From Octopus vulgaris (taxonomy: Eukaryota), in contig OX597824.1 in NCBI GenBank assembly GCA_951406725.2, positions 43,896,001 through 43,960,000 of the forward strand: a DNA stretch of 64,000 nt, given 5' to 3'. Positions 1-13,049 of the stretch are shown here, one piece after another; within the stretch, counting starts at the first letter, position 1, and every line of letters begins with the position of its first letter. The notes under the pieces are model-generated. The model searched no databases and was not told the origin of the DNA. It saw nothing but the letters and a program-made list of their open reading frames with translations. The translations under genes were made by a program, and so were the position numbers.

Positions 1-629
1 GTGTTAATTGTGTTGTGATTGCATCATGTAGTGACTGTGCTTCATATTATTGTTTTGTAAACATTGTATTAGACAGTTTTTGTTATTGGTCAGGTGGTGA
101 TTGCATTTCATATGAAGTGTTATTTGTGTTACTGAGCCAAGTGGTAATCGCTGGTTCTCAATTTCTTTTGATTTCATGGCACACTGGAAATCAAGTAAAT
201 TAAATATTACTGGTACATTTTGATTAGAAAATTTAAAATCAAATTAAATGTTTTAATGTTAAAAATTCAGAAAACATGTAAAACTACTGCTTACTTTGTT
301 TTAGTAATTATACTTGTGTATGATTCATGATTATGGAGAAATAACAGACTTTGTCAATTGGCAGCATACTGTATGGGAGAAGACCTGCATTCTACCTGTT
401 CAAGCATAGCAAAATGGGTGGCTTAAATACTCTCATTGCACTCTTCTTTTGTCTTCAACCCTGCTCTTTTACCTGCACTGATCCTCTCTGCTTTTTCATC
501 TCCTTGGCACTCTCCCCTTTCTTTTTCTATTACACACTCCAGCCTCCTAATTTTCTCTCATATAACATGGGATTGCACTGACTCTCTCCCCACTCCATCA
601 TCCTCATCACTATCTCTCTCTCAGAGTGA

Positions 630-1990
630 AAGGTAGTATGGACAATGCTTGTATATGAAAAGCTATGATACTTGGTAGTGAAACAGAGGCAATGAATGTA
701 GAGGACATGTAATGACTAGAAAGTGATGAAGTTATCATGTTCTACTAGCTAGCTATTCATTGTCAGTGTGTGTGCACATAGGACAAAGTGCAAATGTGCT
801 GAGAATAAAACTGGTCATAAAAGTTACCAAATGTAGTATGCAAGAGAGAAGACTGTGCTGGCATGGTCATGTGATGCATATGGATAAGAACAGCCGCTTT
901 AAGAAGTACCAGCCATTAAATGTGGATGAAACTCATGGTAGGGGGAAATCCAGGAAGATGGAAATGAAATAGTGAAGTCTAACCTCAGGCCGTTGAGCCT
1001 CACAGGAGGAGATGACAAAGATCTGAAATGATTGATGATTTGCTGTGCTCAAGAAAACACATCTGCTGCAGCAAAAATGAGGTCCTAAAAGCACATATTT
1101 ACATCTGTAACCTTGCACCCAATCTATACCAGTCAAGCTTTCTCCACAATTCATCCATTGCTTCAACATACTTTTAATACAGCACTATTTACTCAGCCAC
1201 TATAATTATATAAGATTAGAACTACACACTTTTGTGCTACCAGTTCTGCCTCTCCTTGGAATCACTTTTCTTGTTACCTATCCCACGTTCTCATTGTCAT
1301 CCCTTACCACTCTATTTTCCACTGAACACCAACAGGCCTCTTCACTTTCATTTGTCACTCTCATTATATCCATCCTTACAAACCTCTGACCTTCATGTCT
1401 GTCACTATGCATCCCACTCTCTTACCCACATTTCACATCACCTCCATATTTCTCATCTGTCTACAGTCTTATTATACTGTGCTCACCATGTTCACCATTT
1501 TCTGCATTCACCTCAATCGCCATCTCTAACACTCTTGCAGTCCTACCCACCCAGCCCTCATTATTTTGTTGACCTGTTCTCTCTTACATCTACATGCTTT
1601 TTCCTTAAGGGTATACCCTGACACCTCATCCCCACCATTCTTTTTCCCTTTCCAGAGTAGCCATGTATCTTCTCTGCAGCAAGACATATGTTCCTATTCC
1701 TCTCATACTTTAGCTTCTCAACACCTGGCACAAAGCCTTCTCCTTCCATATTGCATCCCTACTCAACCAAGGCGTCATGTGAGTTACATAGTGACCTTAC
1801 TAGTGTAAGTACCACAAAAAAAGTATTCAGTACACTCTGTTAAGTGGCTGGCATTAAGAAGGGTATCCAGTCATAGAAACAATACTCAAAGCAGTTGTTG
1901 GAGCTCAACACAGTCCTCTGGCACATCAGATCCTCTTGAACCATCTAACCTATGCTTGCATGGAACAAGGACGTTAAATGAAGATTATGA
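630..1990 (+). mobile_element. Degenerate RTE LINE 3' fragment with pyrimidine-rich 3' region and GAT tail
   Basis: Encodes ERRLCWHGHVMHM...GRGKSRK (RTE C-terminus). The 3' end 'ggacgttaaatgaagattatgatg' is shared with the other RTE copies. Confidence 0.7.
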
Positions 1991-2226
1991 TGAGGAAGAT
2001 TAATTTTATTATGAGGGTAGTGAAATGGAAGAGTCAATGATGTAAATGATTAAAGGCTTTGTTGTTTTTAAGATACTACGTTTCACCATTTAGATACCAT
2101 ATTTCTGTTAAAATTCACTGTCTTTATTTCAATAAATTTATTTTTTTTAATAATGGAATACTTAGAAATATTCCCTCATCAATTACCCTTGTGTCAATAA
2201 AAGAAAAGATTATCATTATTATTATT

Positions 2227-5200
2227 GTTTCGATTCTCAGAGTGTTCAGTCTCTGATTGATTCTGTGAGAGCAGACAGCAGCCTGTTGTCAGAGGTCTCA
2301 TAGGGTCTCTTTCTGCATATTATAAGCTTTGATAATTAGTTGTTAATTATCAGGGAAGACATTCAACACCCAAGTACCAATCTCAAAATCCTATCTGTCC
2401 CCAACAGAGCAGTTTTGGGGCTTGCTCTGCTCTCATGTCAATTCTGATTTCTCTGACATTATCATTATTATTGTTTTACTTTTTGGAACGTTGATTCTTG
2501 TTTGTTCTGGTAGATTCTGTGAAAGCAGACAGCTGTCTGCCATCAGAGATCTCACAGGGTCTCTTTCCGCACATTATACTCTTTGATAATTGGTTGTTAA
2601 TTATTGTGGAAGACATTCAACACCCAAGTACCAATCTCAAAATCCTAGCTGTCCCAGCAGAGCAGTTTTTGGGGCTTGTCAATTCCAATTTCTCTGGCAT
2701 ATTTCTTGAACTTGGTTGTTAGTACTCCAATTGCCCCTACAACTGCTGCAATGACACTCTCCTTATAGTCCACATACTTGTAATTTCATCTTTTAGTAGT
2801 CTGTGTTTTTCAATCTTTTCTAGTTCTTTATCCTTTATGTGCACATCCCCAGGTATTGCAATATCTTTAATTTTGGTATGCTTTTTTCCTTTATCCATCA
2901 CAACAATATCTGGTCTCCAAGCATCTATTAGGGAGTCACATTGGATTGTAAAATCCCACAGTATGTTATATTCTTTATTCTCAGTGACACCTTCTGGTTC
3001 GTGTTTGTACCATTTCCATGCTCTGCTCAGGCCGTACTTTTCACATAGTCTCCAGTGGACAAACTTAGCCATGTTATCATGCCTCCTTTCGTAGTGCTTT
3101 TGGGTCAGCTTGCTACACTCGCTCACATTTCTGCTGCCAAACATCCTAGAAGGGAGCTATTCACTACTCTTATCTATTTGGAACTTGATGCAATTACAGT
3201 TCTATATTTAAGAGATGAAGAATTATGTACATTATTTACATTATTTCCATTTGACAGATATTTGTCCTCATCTTGTTTGTTGTTAACATAACGTTTTGGG
3301 TGATATTACCTCAAGCCTTCATCAGGATTGTCTACCCTATGTGAAAGGCCTCTGAAAAGATGCAAAGGATATGCAGCTCATATGACATCAAGACAGTATT
3401 CAAGAGTAATACAACACTTCACAAATATCTCCTTTGAGTAAAACCACCAATAGAAGAGAATATGACCAAAGACTGCATGTGCTCCATCCCATGCAGCTGT
3501 GGCAGGTTATACAAAGGCGAAACATGCCATCCCCTCAAAATAAGGCTAGATGAACATCGCAAATCTGTGATAAATTGGGTATAGCTGATCATGTATGGAA
3601 AAATGGAGACCACCTCCTCCTGTGGGATGAGGTTAAAATAATAGACACCGCTGGAAAATACAAAAACTAAAAGAAACAGCACATTTGCTAGGACACAACA
3701 ACCTCCTAAGCAGACTGACTGCAGATATGAGTAGCATATGGGAACCAGTATTAAGGAAAGATAGTAAAATATTAGATCTATAAGCCCTAAAATTCACTCC
3801 ATAATTGCCCACGGGCATATGGCATAGTGGTTAAGAGTGCAGCCTCTAACCCCAAGATTCCGACTTCGATTTCAAGTGGTGACCTGAATAATAATAATAA
3901 GAAGAAGAAGAAGAACAACAACAACAACAACATCGATAAGCACCTTAGGAATGAGAACCCAGGTTTGAAATTTCCCCAAGACACTTGATAAAGGCTGGAG
4001 GGTATATCAGCCAAAGCATTGCGTTAACAACAAACAAGATGAAGACAAATATCCGTCAAATCTAAATAATGTAAATAATTGATACAATTAGTTCTCAGTG
4101 CTTGTTCTTGCACACTGCCTCTTTTTAGATCACATTTGCTTAGCCATCTCCAAGTGTTGAATATGTCTTTTCCATTGATTTCTCTGAGGTATTGCCCATG
4201 CAGTGATTTCATTTTCCAGTTGTTTACTCTTTCTTCTTCATCTTGTTTCTTAAATTTTTGTTGGTGCATCATATTTTCAGAAGATATTGTATTGTTAATT
4301 CTAACAGTGGGAAGCAGGGATTCACTCTGTTGTTTCATGTACCATCCCCCACTGTTCTTCTTGTTGACTACACAGATCTTGCATCTTTCTCCTCTGTTCG
4401 TAGGCACATACAACCTGTCAGTATCATTTTGGGGGTGTAGTTCCTTGTTAATTGTCATTACTTTTCAGGTTTTTCCTATCCATTTCTTCAAGCTCATTCT
4501 TTGTCCACCCAATGACACCTGCGCCATGTCACATTAAGGAAACAGCCAGTGTGTTCCTTGCCCTGATCTTGTTTTTTCCATTGAGCTTACTTCCCATTAT
4601 TAATTTGGTTCTTCTGAGATATTCTCATCTAAAGTTTTCCTTCATTTCACCTTCCTTGATTTTGTCATATTCTAAAATTCCCAGATATTTATATCCATTA
4701 GTCTCAATATGCTTGATTTTCTCACCATTGGGTAGCTCTACTCTGTCAGATGACACTACTTTACCTCTTTGTATTATAAGCATACCACACTCTTTAATCC
4801 CAGATTCCATTCCATTATCCTTACTGAATATTTGCACTGTTAAAACTAGGTCATTTATTTCATGTTCAGTCTTCCCAAAGATCTTTAAGTCATCCATATA
4901 TAACAGATGATTTAATTTTCCTCCACTTTTCAAGATGTACCCTAATGTCACTTTCTGTAGTATCTATGTAAGGGGTATCTTACAAATCACAAACAGCAAT
5001 GGTGTTAGGCTATTTCCTTGAAATATGCCTTTCTTGATGTTATCCTTTGCCAAAATTTTTCAATATGAAGTTAACTCTGTATTCCAGTTTTCCATTGATC
5101 TCCTAACAAAATTTGATATGTTATCAGACACCTGTACCAGCTCAAGACTTTCTAAAATCCAGGAATGGAGGACCATGTCATACACTTTCTTATAATCGAT

Positions 5201-6010
5201 CTATGCTATGCCCAGATTAGTAAGTCTTTTCTTGCAGTCGTCCAGTACTATTTTGTCTGTCAGAAGTTGGTCTTTTGTCCCTTGGCTTTTCCCTCTGCAT
5301 CCCTTCGGTTCCACTAGCAGTTTGTCATTCATTTCCAGGAAGTTATATACATAATTAGATATTATTCCTGTCATTAGCTTCCACATCAGTAGCAAGCAAA
5401 TGATAGGCTGGTAATTATTCACTGCATTACCTTTACTGGAATCCTTTTGACAAAGAACTGTTTTACTGGGGTCAGCCACTTTGGGATTTGCACCCTGTTG
5501 TTGATCATTTTATCCATTTGTGTGGCTATTCTTCTGTGTAATGCTGGGAAATGTTTTACCCAATATCCTTGTACCCCATCTGGGCCTGGGTATTTCCAGT
5601 TTGGCAACTTTGTTGTCTGTTTGGTTACCATTTCAGTCATTGTTCTAATATTGCTCTGTTTCACTTCATATTTTTCCAATCTTAATTCCTTCAACCATTT
5701 AGCATCTTTGTTATGCTTTCTTCTATTATCCCAGATGTTACTCCAAAACCTTCTACTGTCTTCAGCATCTGGTCTCTCACTCCTGTTAACCTTTCAATAC
5801 AGCCATTGATAAATTCTTTTCTAGTCTTGTTGGAACAATCTGTTGATTTTATATTGTTTAATTCTTTGGCCATATCTCTTAATCTTTGTCGCTCTAGCCT
5901 TTGTTTCAACTTTTCAAGAACTACATTTAGCCCTTTTTTCTTTCTCCTATATCTATGTTCCAGTTCTTGATATTTTTCTTCCCTTTTGATTTCCCTTTTT
6001 CCCTTTCATG
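2227..6010 (-). mobile_element. R4/Dong-clade LINE (RT plus restriction-like endonuclease), decayed, with a duplicated 3' end and a Penelope insertion
   Basis: Motifs PGPDGVQGYW, GTKDQLL, HLLYMDDLK, YKYLGI, RRHDN..VHW and ILWDF.IQ.D...RPDIVV...DIAIP. The 3' end abuts (ATT)n. Confidence 0.88.
3197..4078 (+). mobile_element. Penelope-like element (GIY-YIG fragment) with inverted pLTRs, nested in the Dong LINE
   Basis: About 3440-3570 translates as KDCMCSIPCSCGRLYKGETCHPLKIRLDEHRK. 3222-3328 is the reverse complement of about 3984-4078. Flanking TSD-like 12-mers: TTGATGCAATTA (3185) and TTGATACAATTA (4079). Confidence 0.85.
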
Positions 6011-6016
6011 TTGATA

Positions 6017-6047
<31 letters not shown>

Positions 6048-6158
6048 TTTGCACTGGGGTTGATGTAATCAACTATCCCCCTACCTCAAATTTCAGGCCT
6101 TGTGCCTATAGTAGAAAGGATTATTATTATTATTATTATTATCATTATTATTATTACT

Positions 6159-6642
6159 GAGTGAGAGGGTAGGTGCATGCCATCAAAGTGACACTGGAGT
6201 ACAATCATACGAAGCCCAATATACCCATCATGACTGCCCGTCTGATAAAGGTACACCAGGCACATGCATCACAACCATATAAGCAACTCATGACCTTGCA
6301 GGTGGGGCTCAGTTAGAATTTTCTTCAGGTTGAGAAGCCCATCCCACTCAAAAGGTCCCTCAATAAGCTTTGTTTATTCAAACCCCACAGAATTCCACTC
6401 AACACATGGCTATGATGCTCCCCCACTACTTCTGCTCATGGTCAGAAATGCACATATTATCAGCCGCAATGGGACATGCTCAACTAGTTAAGGTCAAACA
6501 ACTGACAGGCAAATCTGTGGTATTGAGCAGAATATTTGCTGTAGCCCATCTTTTATACCAAGACAAAACAATGTTCATGATAAGACTTCCAATCAGTTAA
6601 AATTAGAAGCCACGAGAGCCAGAGCCTGGTATTGCATCAAGG

Positions 6643-6645
<3 letters not shown>
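6159..6645. repeat. Unclassified non-coding interspersed repeat flanked by (ATT)n; second copy at 9474-10040
   Basis: Two similar copies of about 500-570 bp, each bounded on both sides by ATT microsatellite. Confidence 0.75.
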
Positions 6646-6696
<51 letters not shown>

Positions 6697-6697
<1 letters not shown>

Positions 6698-8935
6698 TGA
6701 TGAAAACTCACAGCTTACTTTGCTGGGTATGATGGAAAGTGACTAAGCTCACACTTGCTTCAAGAACCCTGCAATACTGATTTTTGTAGGTGTTTTATCT
6801 TTATATTTGTACCAATCTGTTTGAGCCATGCTGGTTGTTGAGTGCTGATACTTCCAAGTGCACCAGTTACTATTGGTATCATGTCTACCCTCCTTGTTGA
6901 CCAAAACTTTCAATTTTCCACTTCAAATTGTCATAGTTCTTCAGTTTTCTTCTTTCTCTTTGATCCTATCCTAACCAGGACATGCTATGTTGGTGCTTTC
7001 TTTTTTATTAACCACAACAATGTCCATTTTCCGATGTCTGGTCAGGTAATCGCATTGAATCATAGCATCCCACAGAATTTTGCAATCTTCATTCTCAGTG
7101 ACTCCTTCTGGGGTTTGTTCATACCACGTCTTTGCTTTTTGTAGGCTGTGATTTCCACAGAGCTCTCAATGGATCATTTTTGCCACATTGTTATGTCACC
7201 TTTTGTAATTACATTGTGCCAATTTCAAGCATTTGCTAACAACGTGCCATACCGTTTCACTCCTCTAACCATATATTCTGCATTTGTTGCTTTTGGTAGT
7301 GTTGTCAATTTTGTTCATTATTATTATTATTATTTTTGATTTGCCTTAGGTTTTGTCTTATTCCTGGTAAGATTTATGTCAGTAGCAGATTACTAACTGT
7401 AACCTTAGGTATCCACAAGTTTTCAATGGTTTTTCAAGTGCTTAGAACCCTCCTGATAATCTTTCCTGTCCCTTACTATCTGTAGAAAGTTCTACTGGAC
7501 ATTCTTTTCCAATCTCCTTTGACCATTTGTCTATATCTTTACAGTTCCTAATGCACCATTTATTATAGGTACAATTACAGTTTTCATACTTCAAATTCTT
7601 GCAATTTCAAATCTTAAGGGATCGTTTTGTTTGTTTTTTTGTCTTTTTTCTTTTCTGGATCAAATAGTAAGCAACTTCACTCTTCCTTGTCTATTATTGC
7701 TATGTCTGGTCTATTATTTTCTAGCTTCTTGTCCATTTGAATAGGAAAGTCCCACAAAATCTTACGTTTCTCTGACTCCAGTGCTCTTTTGACCCAATAA
7801 TCAAACCATGTGTCTCCAGCTTCAAATACCCATTTCTGGTAAAACTTCTTCATCATGCTTCCATTTCTTATATTCTTCCTGTGCCAACTGGGGACATTCT
7901 GCAACAATGTGTGTCACTGTCTCATTCCAAGTTCTACAAACTACATTTTCCGGACACATTCTCCCCATATACATTTTTCCTCAAGTTGTTTGTTTATATC
8001 GCTTGATCATGGGCTATTACAATCAGACTCTTTGTTTCTTTTCTAATTAGCCTTTTTTTTTAACCAAGCTCAGGATTTTGTTCCACATTATTACTATTGT
8101 TGTTGCTGTTGTCGTTTTACTTCTCAGAGCACTCAGTTTTGTTTGCTCAGGTTGATTCTGCAAGAGCAGACAGCAGCCTGCTGTCAGATGTCTCACAGGG
8201 CCTCTTTCCGTACATTATAATCTTTGATAATTGGTTGTAAATTATCGTGGAAGACATTCAACACCCAAGTACCTATCTCAAAATCTTAGCTTCCCCCAAC
8301 AGAGCACTTTTTTGGGCTTGCTTTGCTCTCATGTCAATTCTGATTTCTCTGACATATTTCTTGAACTTGGTTGCTAGTGCTCCAATTGCCCCTACAACTA
8401 CTGCAATGACACTCTCCTTATAGTCCACATACTTGTAATTTCATCTTTTAATAGTCTGCACTTTTCCATCTTTTCTAGTTCTTTGTCATTTGTGTACACA
8501 TCCCCAGGTATTGCAATATCTTTAAGCTTGGTTTGCTTTTCTCCTTTATCCACCACAACAATATCTGGTCTCCAAGCATCAATTAGGGAGTTACATTGGA
8601 TTGTAAAATCCTACGGTATCTTATATTCCTTGTTCTCAATGACTCCTGGTTCATGTTTGTACCATTACTATGCAATGTCCTAGCTGTACTATTTACATAG
8701 ACTCCAGTGAATAAATTTAGCCACATTTTCGTGTTTCCTTTTGTATTGCTTTTGAGTCAGATTGCTACACTCACTCACAATATGTGAGATTGTTTCATTT
8801 CTGCTGCCACACATCCTACAAGGGGGCTATTCACTGCTCTTATCTATTTGGAACTTGATGTAATTAGTTCTCAGATCTTGTTCCTGGATGCTGCACATCA
8901 ATGCCTCATTGCATCTCTTTAGATCACTTTTTCTT
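6697..8935 (-). mobile_element. Three successive 5'-truncated R4/Dong LINE 3' ends (6697-7315, 7334-8085, 8110-8935)
   Basis: Each carries CCHC/RH(D)N and ILWD...RPDI restriction-like endonuclease motifs. Each 3' end abuts an ATT/GTT tract. Confidence 0.8.
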
Positions 8936-8941
8936 CTTTTT

Positions 8942-9104
8942 AGTAGTATTTTGCCTGTCACTACCTTCTGAGTTCAAATTCTGTTGAGGTCGACTTTGCC
9001 TTTGATCCTTTGGGGATTGATAAATTAAGTACCAGTGAAACACTGGGGTCAATGTAATTGACTAGCTCCTCCTCCAAAATTTCAGGCCTTGTACCTTTAG
9101 TAGA

Positions 9105-9155
<51 letters not shown>

Positions 9156-9170
9156 TATTATTATTATTAC

Positions 9171-9215
<45 letters not shown>

Positions 9216-9426
9216 GGTGGCGAGCTGGTAAAATTGTTAGCACTCCAGGCAAAATGCTAAACGGAATTTTGCCTGTCGCTACATTCTGAGTTCAAATTCC
9301 ACCAAGGTCGACTTTGCTTTTCATCCTTTCAGGGTCAATAAATGAAGTACCAGTCAAGTACTGGAGTCGATGTAATCGACTTACCCCCTCCCCAAAATTT
9401 CAGGCCTTGTGCCTACAGTAGAAAGG

Positions 9427-9468
<42 letters not shown>

Positions 9469-9470
9469 GC
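8942..9470 (+). mobile_element. Two tandem SINEs with long (ATT)n tails
   Basis: B-box-like GAGTTCAAATTC and a shared body 'ggtcgactttgcc..tcatcct..taagtaccagt' ending in 'gtagaaaggattattatt'. Related copies near 6045, 11130-11645, 14000-14160, 49680-49830 (-) and 55390-55600 (-). Confidence 0.75.
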
Positions 9471-10039
9471 TATTGAGTGAAAGAGCAGTGCATGCCATCA
9501 AAGTGACACTGGAGTACAATTATACAAAGCCCAATATATACCTATCATGACTACCCATCTGATATAGGTACACCAGGCACATGCATTACAACCATATGTG
9601 AGCTACATAGTGATCTCATATCAAGATAAACAGCACATGACCTTGCAGGTAGGGCCCAGTTAGAACTTTCTTCATGTTGAGTAGCCCATCCTACTCAAAA
9701 GGTCCCTGAAAAAGGGTTGTTTAAGAATGTTCAGCGAAACACCCATGTGGCAATTTTTGCGTTCATTTGGTGTCAGCACAGGACATCCAAAGATGAGATG
9801 GTCTCTTGTTTCATCAAACCCCAAAGAATTGCTCTCAACACATAGCTATGATGCTCCCCCACTACTTCTGCTCATGATCAGGGATGGGACATGCTCAACT
9901 AGTTAAGGTCAAACAACTGACAAGCAAATCAGTGGTATTGAGCAGAATATTTGCTGTAGCCCATCTTCTATACCAAGATAAAACAATGTATATGATAACA
10001 CTTCCAATCAGTTAAGATCAGAAGCCATGTACTGCATCA

Positions 10040-10091
<52 letters not shown>

Positions 10092-10097
10092 TACTAT

Positions 10098-10960
10098 TAA
10101 TCTGCATGTTTGTTACAGTCACTTGCCAAGATGCACCCAGCATCCTAGGGCAAGTGAAGGTTAAGAGATGTTACAGTATGACTAAACGCTTGGGGAGGGG
10201 AAGTGGCAGGGGCAGTAGCAAAATATCTTCATGTAACACGACGCAAACATTTAAATGGATAGGGTTTTTTAAAGGATGTAGGCAGGACTTGTCAGCACAA
10301 TCCTTTGGACTTCTTAGAGACATACTTCTGCTGGGATCTTATCTAGAATTTTCTGACACCCCTTTTTTATCATACCTAAGGCACCTACAATAACAAGAAC
10401 AGTTCTCACTTTATGATGCCACATCCTTTGTATTTCAATTTCCAGGTCCTTATATTTACTTAATTTGTCAAATTTCTCTACAGATATATTTTCATCAGTG
10501 GGAACACCTACATCTTTTAGTCTACAAGTATTTCCTTCACAGTCTTTAATAATTATGTCTGGTCAGTTAGCCATATCGTTCTGTCAGTGTTGACTGGAAT
10601 ATCCCAGAGGATAGTAACATTTTTTACCTTCAATGACTGGCTCAAGATGATGTTCATACCAGTAAGCAGGAGTGCTGATTTTGTAATGTTTACATATTTT
10701 CCAATGTAAATACTGCCCTACCTTTTCGTGGCAATTTTTGCATTCATTTTGTGTCAGCACAGGACATCTCAAGATGAGATGGTCTCTTGTTTCATCAAAT
10801 ATGTTGCAGAATTTGCATTAAGGGTCAGAACTGTTTTGAAGAACGTTAGCCTGGTAGTTTTTAGTGAGCAAGCTTTGATCTTGGGCCACCAATATGAAAC
10901 CTTCAGTCTCTGCTTTCAATCCTGAACTTCTCAGCCACTGATGGGTTTTTGCTTGGTCTT
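10098..10960 (-). mobile_element. R4/Dong LINE 3' fragment (different subfamily)
   Basis: Encodes CPVLTQNECKNCHEKVGQYLHWKIC...WYEH. Abuts (ATT)n at 10041-10097. Confidence 0.75.
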
Positions 10961-12157
10961 ATCATCATCGTTGTCGTTGTTGTTGTTGTTGTTATTTATC
11001 ATCTTTCAGTTCTGTTTCCATTTCTTGCTGAGTATCTTCCTAACACCTAGGGCAGAGAAATGCACTGTATACCAGATTGTTACCAGATTGTTCATTTACA
11101 AAGTCATATGATAGAAAAAATGGAGGCAGAATCATTAGATTATCAAACAAATATCTAGAGACATTTGTTTCAATTCAACATTTTGGGTTCAAATCTCACA
11201 GAGGTCAAATTTGTTGGTCATCCTTCCAGAATCAATAAAATAAAGTACTAGTTAAGCACTAGAATTGATTTCATCAAGTAACCACCTTCTCCACTAATTG
11301 TGGCCTTGTTCCTATGCTAGAAATGATAATAATTATTTGTTTTATACAAGAAGAGGATTGGCAAAAATCATTCAAGCATTCAATAGATGTCTTCTATTTC
11401 TTTCCAGTTCTTCGCACTATGAGTTCAAATTCTACTGGTCAACTTTGCCTTTCATCTTTCCAAGGATGTTATAATTGATTGTTTCCCTCCCATGAAATTT
11501 CTGATCTTGTGCCTGTCTTAGAAAAAGTGCAGTGGTTTGGCCAAATCTTTATAGCATTGGAAAATGCCTTGTGGTATTTGCTTCTGCACTTTATATTCTA
11601 AATTCAAATCCTGACAAGGTTAGTTTTGCCTTTCATCCTCTTAGAGTTTGGACACTACAGAGCCCATCCCTCCCCAGACTGAACTCATTTTTATAGCTGA
11701 GAATACTGGAGCAATGTGAAATAAAGTGCTTTGCTCAAGGACACAATGAATCACCTGGTCTAGAGATCGAAGCCACAATTTTATGGTCGTGAATCCAACA
11801 CCCTAAGCACTAAGCAGCATACCTCCACTAGTGGTACCCTTCACCAGACATTGTTGAGGTAGAGAGGATACAGAATTGTTTTGCTCAAGAATCACAATGC
11901 ATCACCCAGTCCAGGAATTGAAACTACAATCTTACAATCACGAGTCCAACAATCTAACACTAAGCCATGTACCTCCACAATAACTTTTATATAGTGAAGT
12001 ATGTTTGCCATTTAAATATAGCTAACCCCTAAGGGTGAATGCTACTGTAGCTTGTAGCCCCAGGAGGACACCTCCTCCAGCTGGCTATTGACACACATTC
12101 TGTGCCCTATCAGTATTTGCAAAGGGAAGCCATCCTTCCCGTCTTCAACCTATGATG

Positions 12158-12202
12158 CACACAGACTCGAGTTTCTGGGTATTGACCCATCATCAGCGTG
12201 TG
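12158..12202 (-). ncRNA. Minimal type I hammerhead ribozyme motif in a Penelope pLTR-like repeat (about 11990-12250)
   Basis: Minus strand reads CACACG-CTGATGA-TGGGT-CAAT-ACCCA-GAAA-CTCGAG-TC-TGTGTG. All core nucleotides, stems I-III and the GUC cleavage triplet are present. Confidence 0.85.
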
Positions 12203-13049
12203 ACAATCAAAGCTGTCAATGAAAAGTAGGCTTTCCTCTGCAAATATATATCCTTTTTCCAGTGATGTAAAGACACTGATATCGAAAAAGTGTAAACAAG
12301 CAATAATCTCACAGGGTTAAATTTGCCTATCATTCTACAAAGATTGATAAAATAAATACTGGCATGTATTTGAATTGGTTCAGTTGACTATTTCTTTTGT
12401 GTACAAATAGGTGGCTTAATCATTGACCAATGTAAGGAATTTTTGTTGGTGAGTTGCCAAAATGGTGAAGCATCAATATTTGCTTCACTTTTTCTGCTTG
12501 TGTAATTGTGAAGAATAGACTCATTAGAGATTTGGGTAGTACATTAGTAAGGCCAGCCATCATTTGTGAACAAATACGGTTTGGTAATATGTCTAATGCA
12601 CTGAACAGATCTTCTATCTAATTATTTCAAGTGTCTACATAGTTACAGACATAAGCATCCTCTCATCCTACCCCCTTCACCCTTGACGCAATGGAACACC
12701 AAGGGTATAACAGTTGAAAGGAGAGAGGGCTGCAACCAATTGGTACTCATTTACTGCTTCATAGACTAGAGCAATGTGAAATGAACTGACTTGCTCAAGG
12801 ACACAACATGCTACGAAGTCCAGGAACACACAACTTTGCAAACACACAACTTTACAATCATGAACTGAATACCTTATCCATTTGGTAATGTGCCTTCACA
12901 AGAAGAATCAAAATCAATACTGTACTGGTACTTTGTTTATCAACCCTGAAAGATGAAAAGCCAAGTTGACTGCAGAAGGATCTTAATTCAGAGCTCAGAG
13001 AACTAGAACAAATACTGGAAGGCATTCTGTTGAACCTCTTTACTTCAAA

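Noticed and set aside
130-196. Two short adjacent hairpins (possible H/ACA snoRNA)
   Set aside because: No convincing H or ACA boxes, and the stems are short.
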